64,000 nucleotides of DNA. Origin: Lytechinus pictus (lineage: Eukaryota). Numbering within the stretch: position 1 is the first letter of the stretch; the number at the start of each line of letters is the position of its first letter. Positions 1 to 11,935 of the stretch are shown here, in pieces. The translations under genes were made by a program, and so were the position numbers. Below the pieces are notes generated by a model. That model ran no database searches. It worked only from the letters and a program-made list of their open reading frames with translations, and was not told the DNA's origin. The stretch lies in NCBI RefSeq assembly GCF_037042905.1, contig NC_087250.1, positions 12,898,001 through 12,962,000 on the forward strand, written 5' to 3'.

Positions 1-2092
1 TGAAAATCTTGCGTGTAGAAAAATAGAAATATTACTCGATTCAATTAGAACAATATAAACATGATATGAAAAACACATGGAAAGTTATTAAGCAAGCCTT
101 GAATATTTCAAAAAAGAAATCAAATATCACTAAAATAAGATTTAATAATCGGAATATTGATGATCCCACAGAAATCGCCAATATTTTAAATTCATACTTT
201 TCTACCATAGGGGAAAATTTGGCACAAAAAATTCCACAATCTAATAAGCATTTTTATAAATTCTTGGGACAACCTAATGCCAATTCCATTTTCTTCTATC
301 CGACTACTATTTATTAAGTGACCGATATTGTTTCCTCGTTGAATAATAAACACAGTGCTGGTCATGATGACATAAGTAATTTTATATTAAAAGGTACCAT
401 ATCGTCTATTGTTGAGCCCTTGACACATATATTAAATAAATCTATTTTGAGTGGTATTTTTCCTAAACAAATGAAAATTGCGAAAGTTATTCCCTTATTT
501 AAAAAGGTAGACGAGCTTGATGCTGGTAATTACCGTCCCATATCTTTACTCTCTTCTCTTTCTAAGATTTTAGAGAGATTAATTTTGGTTAGAACAACTA
601 AATTTCTTAATGTCAGTGGTATATTTACTAACTTTCAATTTGGTTTTAGACAAAAACATAGCACTATCCACGCTCTTTTAAATTTTGTGCATAAAGTAGC
701 CCATTCTTTGGATGATCATTCGCATCTAATTGGTATATTCCTGGACTTCTCCAAGGCATTCGACACTATTAACCACGACATTTTACTTTACAAGCTTTCT
801 CATTATGGAATACGTGGAATTGCCTTGGAGTGGTTCAAGAATTACCTTTAAAAAGAAAACAATATGTTTATTTAAATAATCACATCTCTGATCAACATGA
901 AATTAATTGTGGTGTCCCACAAGATAGTATATTAGGGCCTCTTTTATTCATTATTTACATTAACGATTTTCACAGATCATCTGACATTCTTTCGTTTATT
1001 CTTTTTGCAGATGATTCCAATGTATTTTCTGCTCACAAAAAACCCTCACCCCTTAGTTCAGATTATGAATTTGGAATTGCTAAATTTGACTCAATGGATA
1101 CGAGCCAATAAACTATCTCTTAATTTAAACAAAACCAAATATATGTTATTTAGTAATTCTATTGAATCTTTACCTTCTGACATTATCTTTGATGATACAC
1201 CTTTACAATGTGTTTCCCAAATTAAATTTTTAGGAATTATAGTTGATAATAAACTTTCTTGGAAACCCCACGTTCTTAATGTGAGCAAAACATTATCTCG
1301 TAATATTGGTGTAATTAATAAGTTAAAACACTATTTTCCTTCCGTCACATTACTCATGTTATACTCCTCTTTGATTTTACCTTACCTTAATTATGGAATA
1401 TTAGCATGGGGTAATACCCATAATTCTTTATTGGACAAAATATTAATTTTACAAAAGAAAACATTCCGAAATATATGTAATGCACCAGTTCGTTCTCATA
1501 CAGATCAATTGTTTCTGGAACATAAAATCATGAAAATAAAAAAAATATATTCATTTCAATTAGGTCAATTCATGTATAAATATAAAAATAATTTGTTGCC
1601 ACGCATATTTGATTTTATGTTTCCCCGAAACCAATCCCTCCATAACTATCCCACCAGGCAGTCAAATGAATTTCACTTGCCCCTCCTTAGAACGCATCTC
1701 GCACAAAATACTTACTTATATACAGGTCCAAGTTTTTGGAATTCCCTTAACGACGAGATTAAAGATGCCCGTTCTTTGCTGTCCTTTAAAAACAAACTAA
1801 AATTTATGCTCTTAAAATCTTAATTATATTTACTATTCTAAACTAAAATTTTGTATCCTTTTTTTTTTTTTTTTTTTTTTGCTAATCTATTATCAATGTT
1901 TATACTGAACATAATGCCTTATTTTTTCCAGTTAGACAATAAATAAAAAAGTTATAGCTTGTCTATACATTATATTGTACCTTTTATATTGTATATGTGT
2001 ATGCGTGTATGTGTGTATGTATGGGTGTGTATGTACGCGTGTGTACGTGTGTATTTGCATGTGTATATATGTATGTATGCGTGTGTGTATGT

Positions 2093-3724
2093 CACTGGTG
2101 TAAATCCCGGGGGGGATGGGGGGATATATCCCCCCCCCCCACTTTTCGAGGAGGGGGGATGGCCTGTACAAACATCCCCCCACTTTTTACGAAAGAAATG
2201 AAAAAAAATCACAAGAGATAATTGTTTTATTGGTAAAAATTCTTCCTGAAATACCGCTTAACAAATAAAACGATATTATTGAATCATAAAATGCAAATAA
2301 AGAGCCAGTTCACCATTTCCAAACGAAATACTTATGTCCTTATTATAACATTGAAGAGAAACTCCCGTTTCTTCCAATTCATCAATGTTGGGGTCTTTGG
2401 GAAGGGATTAAGATGGAATGTCAATTCTTTTTTAATGTAATCTCTAATAAAATCATTAAACCATCATGGGGTAAAAAAAGATAATAATATTGGAGGGGTA
2501 TTTGCCATATGGACATACAGTGGCTGACAAAAAACGGGGAAATGGGGAAAAGGAGAAAAGAGGGAGAAAGGAAGAGAAGCGTATAGTGGGAAAGAAAAAA
2601 ATATTATTCATTATAATGTTATATTATAATTATGTTATGTTACATTACATAAGAAACATTTTTATCATAACTTCATGAAACATAATTTGCACAAGGGCCT
2701 GGTGCTTGCATTATCTGTTAACGAGATATATAGTCCTGTTGTACTGAAACGTCCCGTTTTCAAGTCAATATAAACCAAATATATTTCCTAGCACTTGAGT
2801 TATCATTGTTTTATGAAGTGACATATGCTTCTTTTTCATGACTCAAAAAGTGATTGCCCCATGTTAAGGTCTTCGTATATATGACACATTTTACTGTCCG
2901 TGATTACGTTTGCATTAGTGGATTGGTGAGATATGTCTGCTCTTCATGAATTCCTAAAATCAGTCCTTAAAATGTCCCTTCTTCTGATCTGAATATCAAA
3001 AATTTTCAGCTCGCGCTTCGCGCTCGCATCATTTGGATATTGAAATACGTATGGTCCTAGTTAATTCCTACAAAGAAACCTTAGAATACCACACTTCAGG
3101 TCTGAATTATCTAAATTTTCAGCTCGCGCTTCGCGCTCGCAATATTTGATTAGTGAGATGCGTATGATAATCATGATTGCAATGACTACAAAAAGTGTTT
3201 CATGTGTTCAGATGTAATTTTTATAAACCAGCAAGCGCTTGGCACTCGCATTAGATGACTATGGTGAGATATGCATACTCTTAGTGGATTCCTAAAATAT
3301 ATTCCTCAAAATCTCGCTGTTTGGGGTCAAAATATAAGAAAACTTCAGCTCGCGCTTCGCGCTCGTATTGTTTAGCGAGACGGTACCTATCATGATTACA
3401 CAAATTTGATTATAATGTCCCTTTTTAGGTGTGAATATAAAAAAAATTCAGCTCGCGCTTCGTGCTCGCATTATTTGATCAGTGAGATGCATATCCGTTT
3501 AATGACATTGTCCAGAAAATGTCTCTATTAGGTCAGTATAACTGGCAACTGAGTGCGCTCACTCAGTGATTCAAACATTTTGCTGGTGCCCCCCTCCCCA
3601 TGCCGTGACCCACGGTACGCCACTGTGGACATATCAATGACAATTCCTTGCATATCTAAAAACATGCTTGCAAAAAAAAAAAATCAGTCATCCCCCCACC
3701 CATCAACACGGATTTACGCCAGTG
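2093..3724. mobile_element. Non-autonomous hAT-like DNA transposon inserted in the LINE 3' UTR
   Basis: TIRs CACTGGTGTAAATCC / GGATTTACGCCAGTG (14/15 match); perfect 8-bp TSD GTGTATGT at 2085-2092 and 3725-3732. Confidence 0.85.
2518..3625. mobile_element. Second hAT-like non-autonomous element nested in the previous one
   Basis: Ends CAGTGGC / GCCACTG; perfect 8-bp TSD TGGACATA at 2510-2517 and 3626-3633; internal repeated motif CAGCTCGCGCTTCGCGCTCG at ~3007, 3120, 3346 and 3449. Confidence 0.8.
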
Positions 3725-4315
3725 GTGTATGTGTATGTATATATGTTAATGCATATACATGTATAAATATGTGTGTATGTATGTGTAGACATAATATATA
3801 TGCAGCAGATTAGCTTTGCATCCGTCTCCCTATCTCTATTTTTCTTTCTATATTCTTGGCAGTTGTCATCGTATTATTTTCCACCTCATGTACTTGTGTT
3901 GTGTTGTGTCGTGTTATTGTCCTTGTCTCTGAATTTCAAAATCCTGTACATAAGATTTTTTTGTTTTTTTGCCCTTTTCGTTATTTTCATGTACTCCTTT
4001 ACGTATATTTCAATATTCTTTGTATCTAAGTTTTTTAGGGGTCCACATTCTACAAGCTTTGCTTTTTAGTGGACCCCTCCATTCTTCTCATGATATATAC
4101 TTATATTGATTTTAATTATATTTAATTATATTGATTATATTGATTTAAAATTGACATGCACGTTAATCTATATTTGAAGCACTTATTGAATATGTATATC
4201 ATTTATTCAATGTTGAATCTTGTTCATGCTTTTTGTTTAAATTGAATCAATTTATCTTGTACTTATTTATATTATGTTGAAGAATGAAAAATAAATTTGA
4301 ATTGAATTGAATTGC

Positions 4316-4568
4316 TCGAAGGAGAAAATTAGAATATTTCATATTTCATATAATAAAATACAAAAGAAATAGTGAGTAAGTGATGTCATCAGTTTCGTCA
4401 ATTGCATACTGACCAGGATGTGAATATGACTATTTTGTGAAATTAAGCGAAACTCAAAACTGTCATAACTTTCTTATTTTACATCCGATTTTGATGAAAT
4501 TTTCTGTGTTGTGCTTGTTGGATTTTTCCTTTTTTTTATTTACTTTTTATTAGGGGGGACTTGTCCTT
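4316..4568. mobile_element. Half copy of Kolobok/T2-like MITE (interrupted by the LINE)
   Basis: Matches the right half of the ~590-bp family at 48959-49558; ends GGACTTGTCCT-TTAA. Confidence 0.7.
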
Positions 4569-4637
4569 TAACTAAAATATATAAAATTTAATATATTCAA
4601 ATGTACGTGTGCATATTTGTATTCTGGTATATATGTT

Positions 4638-5052
4638 CAGTGGCGTAGACAGGTTCTTACACCAGGGGGGGGGGGGATGATTTGCCGTTCACGAGAAATC
4701 GAGGATCAATTTTACACACACACGCACACGATAGTAATCGTCATTTCAGTCACATTAACGATGATGATGATGATAACTATTATTATATTTTTATCATAAT
4801 AATAATAATAATAATAATAATTATTATTATCATTATTATTATTATTATTGTTGTTGTTGTTGTTGTTATAATAATAATTATCATTATTGCTGTTCCTATC
4901 ATTTCTATAACATGTTAATTCAATTTAATTGTAAGCAAACATCCTTCCCTAAAACCTGGGGGGGGGGATGATTGTACATGTCATCCCCCCCACCTTGTGA
5001 GTTGGGGGGGGGGGATGCATACCCCTCATCCCCCCCGCTGTCTACGCCCCTG
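4638..5052. mobile_element. hAT-like MITE
   Basis: TIRs CAGTGGCGTAGACAG / CTGTCTACGCCCCTG; near-TSD TATATGTT / TAATATGTT; internal (ATT/AAT/GTT)n. Confidence 0.7.
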
Positions 5053-5357
5053 TAATATGTTCAACAATAGAGGAGGTGGTTGGAACTGCTGGAAGTGACG
5101 CCGGTATGCGACTTCGTGCATTCGCGTCACTGATGGGACCATAGTTACACCAAACCTCAAATACCGTATATATTTTGTTTATATTCGTCATCGGTATTAT
5201 TACTACCAAATACAACATACAGGAAATGTAATTGAATTCATAAGAATAAGGAATCCTGGTTTTGAGTGAGAAATCATTCAACAAAATTCTAATAAATATG
5301 GACGTGATTGTTTGTGGATCCGCACTGTATCAAGCCATAGATAATTTTTGAACTATA

Positions 5358-7421
5358 CACAACAAAAAAAGTAAGTCCCCCCTAAATCAAATTGCCGTAA
5401 CTTTTGAACGGAATTATTTTGAGATATGATATTCCGTAGGTGGTTTTCTACACTCATTAAGCAACCTCTGGGGAAAAATGAGATTGATCGGTTGAGTCAT
5501 GCATGAGTAATTAAAGATTGAATTAAAAATGACCATTTTTGAAAGTCACAAGAGTCGTTTTTCAGATTGTGCAAATACAAAGCTGGGCAAAAGTTGTTTT
5601 TAGGTGAATTTTATGGTGTTAATGCTGTTTTACTATCCATCATTTAGCCACTCCACACACAATTTTGATATCGTATGTTCATGGTTGAGTGAGCACAATA
5701 ATGCAGGGGCCGCGGGGGGGGGGGGGCTCAGCCCCCACTTGTTTCCAAAAGCATGTACAAAAATGTAAAAATGACCATACGATTGTGATTTTTTGCATGG
5801 TCAGCCCCCCCCCCCTCCCCACTTTGAAAACCGTTCCGCGGCCCCTGTATAGTGACGAATCATCAAAGGGGTTTATGGTAGTATCCTCTACAACTTGATA
5901 GATCATGTTAAAATTTGAAAATGTTGGTGGCTCCCCCGATTATAGGCCCCTCCCCCATTTTAAAATTCTGGATCCACCAATGATTTGTCCATAAATTAAA
6001 CTGATCATGAGAATTTGTAAGAAAAAATACATTTATGCAGTATAAAGAGTATTCATTCCTAAGTTTTCGAATGTGCTCGCTCAACCATGAAAATTTTAAA
6101 ACTTCGGAAAGTGTGTGGTGATAGAAATAATGGATGATAAAAACAACAGCAATTAAAGTCACATTTGAAACCGAATTTGCCCCCTAATATTCACTTTATT
6201 ACCATTTAAAATGGGTCTGTGACATTGAAAATACCCAATTTCCCACTTTGATGTGTGCTCACTCATCCATAAATAAACTAATCGATTTCATTTTTGCACA
6301 GAATTCTGCCCATAGCTTGATAAACATTACTGCCAAATGACATTGCTAAAGACAGCCTTGAAAAAAAGTTCCACCACATTGAATAGGGGGTTACTTATTC
6401 TTAAACATATGCACCCATAATGTACACAAGTCTATGAGAGAGGAAGTCAACATTTTAACAAATATGAAATGAGGGTTTGTTTCATGGACGGTTTTTGTTA
6501 CTTCTGCCAACAGTTATTTCATGAAACTTCGCACATGGCTTCAGTGTAACACTATCCAAAATGTGCGCGCACCAAAATAACCATTTGATACGGCACAGAG
6601 TGGGGCCAGGGCCTTGAACTTTCTTCTCATTTGTTTAATTTTCGAGTATTGTGTGCTCACTGATGCATTAAACATCGGGATTTTCATAAAAATCAAATCA
6701 AATGAACCATGCAAGGAGGTTTGTGATAGATATCCATAGTTACAAATTGCATGTTTTCCAATAACGTAAAAAAGAGCTAATCACATTCCACATGTTCATT
6801 CAAGCGTGAATGTTTAATTAAACGCCTTTGAATCATTGAAGCATGTTAATTGGTCATGAACATAACGAGAAAGTTGAGAAAAGATCATTTTCAGTTACCA
6901 AAATGAAACAATACTTGCCTATGATATTTGAAAATCGTATCTTTTGTTTTTAATAAATGTTCATTGAACCGTGAAACAATGAATATTGTTGAAGATACTC
7001 TTCCCAAAAAAACTGTCATCATATTCTATCATTGTTATTGATAGAAACGTGTAAAAAATCAAATTATAGCAAATTTGGAATTGTGTTCATTTAACCGTGA
7101 AATTTAGCCAGAAAAGTTGTATCGTCTTTTAGAAAGTACCCTTTTACAGGCCTTCTGACTATTTTTCATGATGAGAATGTGGAATTAGTTCCAATAAAAA
7201 TGGAATAAAAGTCATGATATTTGGCTTGTGACTTTTAAAAAGTGACATTTTTGCCTTCTGACGGTGCTCACTGAAGCATGACGTAAAATACGTCCATAAC
7301 ATTTACTCAGAGGGTAGCCTATAAAATTACCTACACGCTCATGTAAAAATATATTAAAAACTCGCATTGGTTCGGAAATTATTGATGTTTGTTTAAGGGG
7401 GGACTTACTTTTTTTGTTGTG
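5358..7421. mobile_element. Non-autonomous TIR DNA transposon with TA flanks (Tc1/mariner-like), containing a small MITE at 5704-5847
   Basis: TIRs CACAACAAAAAAAGTAAGTCCCCCC / GGGGGGACTTACTTTTTTTGTTGTG, TA on both sides; no transposase ORF. The inner element has ends CAGGGGCCGCGG / CCGCGGCCCCTG. Confidence 0.75.
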
Positions 7422-8078
7422 TATATTTACTCCCGGCTTGCAACGTCATGATCTCGGGATTCATGGCACTTTTGCCAATTTTGTGACATTGGTTGGAATT
7501 ATATTTGGTCACATGACGGGGCTTACATTGTTACGATACTGCAACAAATAACAATGGAAATTTAGTTTTAAATTTGATTTCCTTTTTTTTTATTACAGGA
7601 AATGGATCAATCATAAACTAAACAAAACAAAAAATAATAATTTACATCTCTGAAGTGTCAGTTCTGATTATTCCATAAATGTATATTCCAAATATCTATA
7701 TCCAAGTTGGCTGGCAAAGGTTCCTTAATTAATGTTCACAATGTTGGCGATGATAAAATTGATGTTGAAACACGATGAAAAATAAGAGTCACTGCAATGA
7801 GTTGAAATGTCTGTGAAGACGATGTTGATAATGATTAACAGTCAATTTCAGCAATGCATGGGTTGAAAAGCGTTAATTAAAACAGGTTGATGATCTCGAT
7901 GAGAAATGAGAATTCCTCTCTCAAAGTAACTTGCAAACAGTTCATTGATGGCGTGCAAATAATTCCACAGAAGATAAATGTTGTATTCCAGTTGGAAATA
8001 AACTATGATCTGACAAAAAGTCTGGTGTTAAACTCTGAGTTATGATATGATGATGTAGAAACTGCTAGCTTCCATATA

Positions 8079-8899
8079 CAGTGCGTCCCACAAAAAACGA
8101 AACCGAGGTTTAGCGATGATTTATCATAACTTAATCACAAATGCAATAGGCAAATGACCTATCATTGCAAAGCTTAGAATGTCTTCTTTTAGCTGATATA
8201 AAATACAAGATTTTTCATCCACGCATGAGTGAGTAAAAACAATTTGAAGAAAGGATAGCAAAAAGTCATTTGGCGGGGGGTATCAAAATTTCAAAAAGAA
8301 AACCACACGCCTAAAAAGTTCAATATCTGCTCTTTAATTTGATAGCTAAATCGCAGAAAATTGTCACATAACAAAGCTATGTTTCTTCGAAACAATGCTT
8401 GTATTTCCATAATTTCATGAAACATAAGTGTTTTCACCGGTTTCCGATCGAAGCTATCGCAGAGTTAACAAAAGACTTTCTGCATGGCTGATCGTCAACA
8501 AAACGGACTGTCGAGTAAGTCTATAAAAGCTGTCATGTAAAACCTCTTCACTTTATGAAATTATCGGAATTCATAAAGCCTTATTTCAAACAAACAGAAC
8601 TTTGTTATTTTGCGACCGTTTTCTGTAATTCAGGTATTAGATTAAAAGCAGATATTGAACTTTTTAGAAATGTGATTTTCTTTTTAAAATTCAGATACTG
8701 ACCACCAATTGACTTGTTGGTTTCCTTGCTTCAAACTGTTTTTGCTCACTTATGCATGAATGAGGAATAATCTAAGTTATTTCAAATGAAAGAGGAGATC
8801 CTACGCTTCACAATGATGGGTCATTTGTCTATTGTATTTGCGATTAAGGCATGGTAAATGATCTATGAATCTCGGTTTCGTTTTTTGTGGGATGCACTG
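8079..8899. mobile_element. Tc1/mariner-like non-autonomous foldback element
   Basis: TA-CAGTGCGTCCCACAAAAAACGAAACCGAG ... CTCGGTTTCGTTTTTTGTGGGATGCACTG-TA; imperfect inverted symmetry continues for several hundred bp inward. Confidence 0.85.
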
Positions 8900-9099
8900 T
8901 ATATAAATTTCCACTATTTTGGAAGCTTCTAGTATTGTCTTTAAAAATAACATTATCCTTCTTTCTAGAATAGTCCTCTTCTAGAAGACTCTTGAATGAC
9001 CTCAGTGAAATTAACAATGTGAACAACGTAGCTAATCTGATTGTCCTTTTCACTGCAGGCAGGCTGTATTGTCTATATTTGTATATTCCAGAAATAACT

Positions 9100-9316
9100 A
9101 AAATTACTCAGCCTCATTAAATAGGCATGCCTAACAAAGCTTTACTGAGACATTCTGGAATATTCTTAATCATTATATGCTATGACTAAATATGGTCAGC
9201 GTTCTTTCTCTTATGCAGCTTCAATTCTTTGGAACAATCTCCCCCTACAAATTCGCAATGGTAACTGTGTTAATACATTTAAAGTTATGCTTAAAATTCA
9301 TCTTTTAAAATCTTAA
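9100..9316 (+). mobile_element. L2-like LINE ORF2 3'-end fragment
   Basis: Translates to ..TKYGQRSFSYAASILWNNLPLQIR..FKVMLKIHLL, a typical L2/CR1 C-terminus. Boundaries are approximate. Confidence 0.65.
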
Positions 9317-10539
9317 TCATATGTTTATTGGCCCATTTGATGACAACGACCCGCTTGACCCAAAAAGTAATTGGGTTTCTTGGACTGTAGCACAATTTCA
9401 CTATACTATGTATACCCTGAATGGTGGCTAAAAATGCACAAATTAAACTGTAAAAATAGCGAAATTAGTTGTTGTTTTATACACACCTGCAGAAGACACG
9501 CTGTGCTGCTTTTGGCCGCATCGGTACTGGCCGAAACATCTGCTGACGTCACTTTACACAGCAGAAAGAGGCGGAGCCAACCTGCAGAAAAAGGCGGAGC
9601 CAACCTGCAAAAAATCTTCGAACATCAGCAGGAGTATTCGCGAATAGAGATCATCGGTTTTGGGGCATTCAGAGTTCATTAATTTGGTGTCAAGGTCGCA
9701 CGGGCCATTAACATCGGGAAGGCAACAGATATTCATTCGAACCAACCCATTATCATTTTTATTTTATTTTGATATGGCTAATTGAGAACGTGTTTGAATA
9801 TAATTGTCCATCTAACACTGATTCTATTTTCGGTAATTAATGAACTTCTATTTTCCAAATAGGGAAGGAATATCTCCAACTTTGGAACTATATTGTGACT
9901 GGCGGAAGTTTAAGGGCCATTTTACTGTTTCAGGTGATGAATTTGATCCCTCAGGGTCCTCTTGCCTAGAACTTTGGCCTAAATAAACTCTGGCAAACAA
10001 AATTATGCCATTGAAAATTACAAAAAAAAAAAAAAAACTCTGGCAAAAAAATTGCCAGAGTTTTTTTTTATGGCAAAAGTTTTATGCAACGGGCCCAGGA
10101 GATCCTTACATGCCGATTGATTTTTAAAATGAGCTGGTCGAGGGACCCTTTTCTGGTCAGATATGGATTGTCAGATATAAACTTATTTACTGGTAGTAAG
10201 CATTCGACCCCCGAATTTCATCCTTATTTATGATTTTTTCAAGTAAAAAATTCAATTTTAGCACACTAGTCTATGGGAATTGTTTTAGGTCCCTCCGGAG
10301 CGAGTTGTCCTACATCGCCCCCTTTAGTTGACTTTAAATTTGACATTGCTGGGCTAATGGCCAGGATGGTAATGTGAAGAACAGAATATTACTATTACAT
10401 TACTATCATCAAAGGGATATTGATTGCAAGTTAATTCGTGTGAAGACAGTGATTTGATACTTGACTTTATATATAATATACGAGTTAGTACATTGACTGG
10501 TATTACTTCAACAAAAAAAAAAATACACGGCCATGTTAA

Positions 10540-11015
10540 AGGACAAGTCCAGTTATATGCACATCCTGGTTGGTATGCAAATGAGGAAACTGATGATATC
10601 ATCCACTCACTATTTCTTTTGTATTTTATTATATGAAATATGAAATATTCTAATTTTCTCTTCATTGTCAAGTGAAACAGTGATTAATTCCTCCCTGAAC
10701 ATGTGGAATTAGCAAATGTTTAATGTTATATGATTCAGTCAAGTCGGTCCATATGGTCAAATCTGTAAAAAAATGAAATATTGTATAATTCAAACAATAA
10801 AAAGCAAAAGAAATAGTGAGTGATGGACATCATCGACTGACTCATTTTCATGTCACTGAGTTGTGCATATCACTTTTTTGTGAAAAATAAGTGAAACTTT
10901 AAAATGCCATAACTTTATTATTTTACATCCGATTTTGATGAAATTTTCTGTATTATGCTATTTTGATTTTTCTCTATTTATTCAAATCAACTTTTTGCTG
11001 GGGTGGACTTGACCT
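10540..11015. mobile_element. Kolobok/T2-like MITE (internally deleted)
   Basis: TTAA-AGGACAAGTCCA ... TGGACTTGACCT-TTAA; TTAA target duplication on both sides. Confidence 0.8.
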
Positions 11016-11019
11016 TTAA

Positions 11020-11935
11020 ATGTAAAATTTAAAAAATCATCTGCTTTTAGGAACCTACAGAGAATTTATAATTTCTCTGAAAACGATATTCGTACAATAT
11101 TCTTAAAACCTAGGAAGTCCACGTTAAACGGTAGGTTGAGGGAATTGCAATTTAAAATGTTGTATGAGCCTATATACACTAGAAAATATTTGTATGTATT
11201 TGAATTTACTACGAGCAATGTTTGTGCTTTCTGTGATAAAAATGAAGTAACCTATAAACATTTATTTTTCAAGTGCGAAAAAATAAGAGATCTATGGAAA
11301 AAATGTGGTGTTCTTTTAAACTTAATTGATATTAAAGATATAAATTGGGAAGGAATTCACATTGGTATAAAGATACCTAATGTAGGGAAGGAACAGTTGC
11401 TTAATCATATAATACTGTTTAATCAAGTACGCGATCTTTGCTTATAGTAGGAATACAAATAAATCCCCCTCATCTCAAGAAATAAAACAAAAAATTATAG
11501 AAAATGAACATGAGGAGCAAAAACTAGCAGAAGAGAGGGACACTTTAGCGCACCATCTCAGAAAATGGGAAATTTTCAACAATAGAGGTGACGAGGCAGG
11601 CACGGATATCATGGATTGATGAAAGTACAGGGGGCTGTGTACTTCCGAGGGTGTGGGGGTGTGTGGGTGTTGGGGTGGTGTGTGTGTGTGTATGTGTGTC
11701 CGATTTTGTTTTGTTTGTGCTGGTGCTTTAGTTGACGGGGTTGGGGGAGGGGGTGTTTTGAAGACAGATTAAACTTCTAAAAATTATGTTGCATGTTCAT
11801 TATGTTTAAACAATTATCAATGATGTATTTCTTTTTATATGAAAAATGAAAATTTTTGTTGATTGCAATATAATGTATATATATATATTTTTTTTTTTTT
11901 GGAGAGAAATAAAACATTACTTTAAAAAAAAAAAT
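11020..11935 (+). mobile_element. L1/Tx1-like LINE 3' fragment (zf-RVT-type zinc finger)
   Basis: ORF 11136-11447 LRELQFKMLY..C-x2-C..HLFFKC..LW; followed by a G/T-rich UTR, AATAAA and an A-tail at ~11908-11935. Confidence 0.75.

Larger units (their letters stand above)
1..4315 (+). mobile_element. Degraded non-LTR retrotransposon (L2/CR1-group LINE): ORF2 reverse transcriptase region (1-1823) plus interrupted 3' UTR and (TTGAA)n tail
   Basis: RT motifs NYRPISLL, QFGFR, FLDFSKAFDT, GVPQ(D)SILGPLLF, LFADD and KFLG are spread over ORFs 66-317, 318-851, 830-1111 and 1005-1823. There are in-frame stops (24-26, 315-317, 849-851) and a frameshift near 1040. The 3' UTR is interrupted at 2093-3724 and ends AATAAA-TTTGAATTGAATTGAATTG at ~4290-4315. 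The 5' part lies outside the window. Confidence 0.9.

Noticed and set aside
3000..3475. Repeat-spacer pattern resembling a CRISPR array
   Set aside because: Spacers are ~85-95 bp and mutually related, the array sits inside a TSD-flanked transposon in a eukaryotic genome, and there are no cas genes.
9371..9745. GC-richer patch with short ORFs and a 23-bp direct repeat (AGGCGGAGCCAACCTGCA)
   Set aside because: No recognisable domain or exon structure; probably a repeat fragment.
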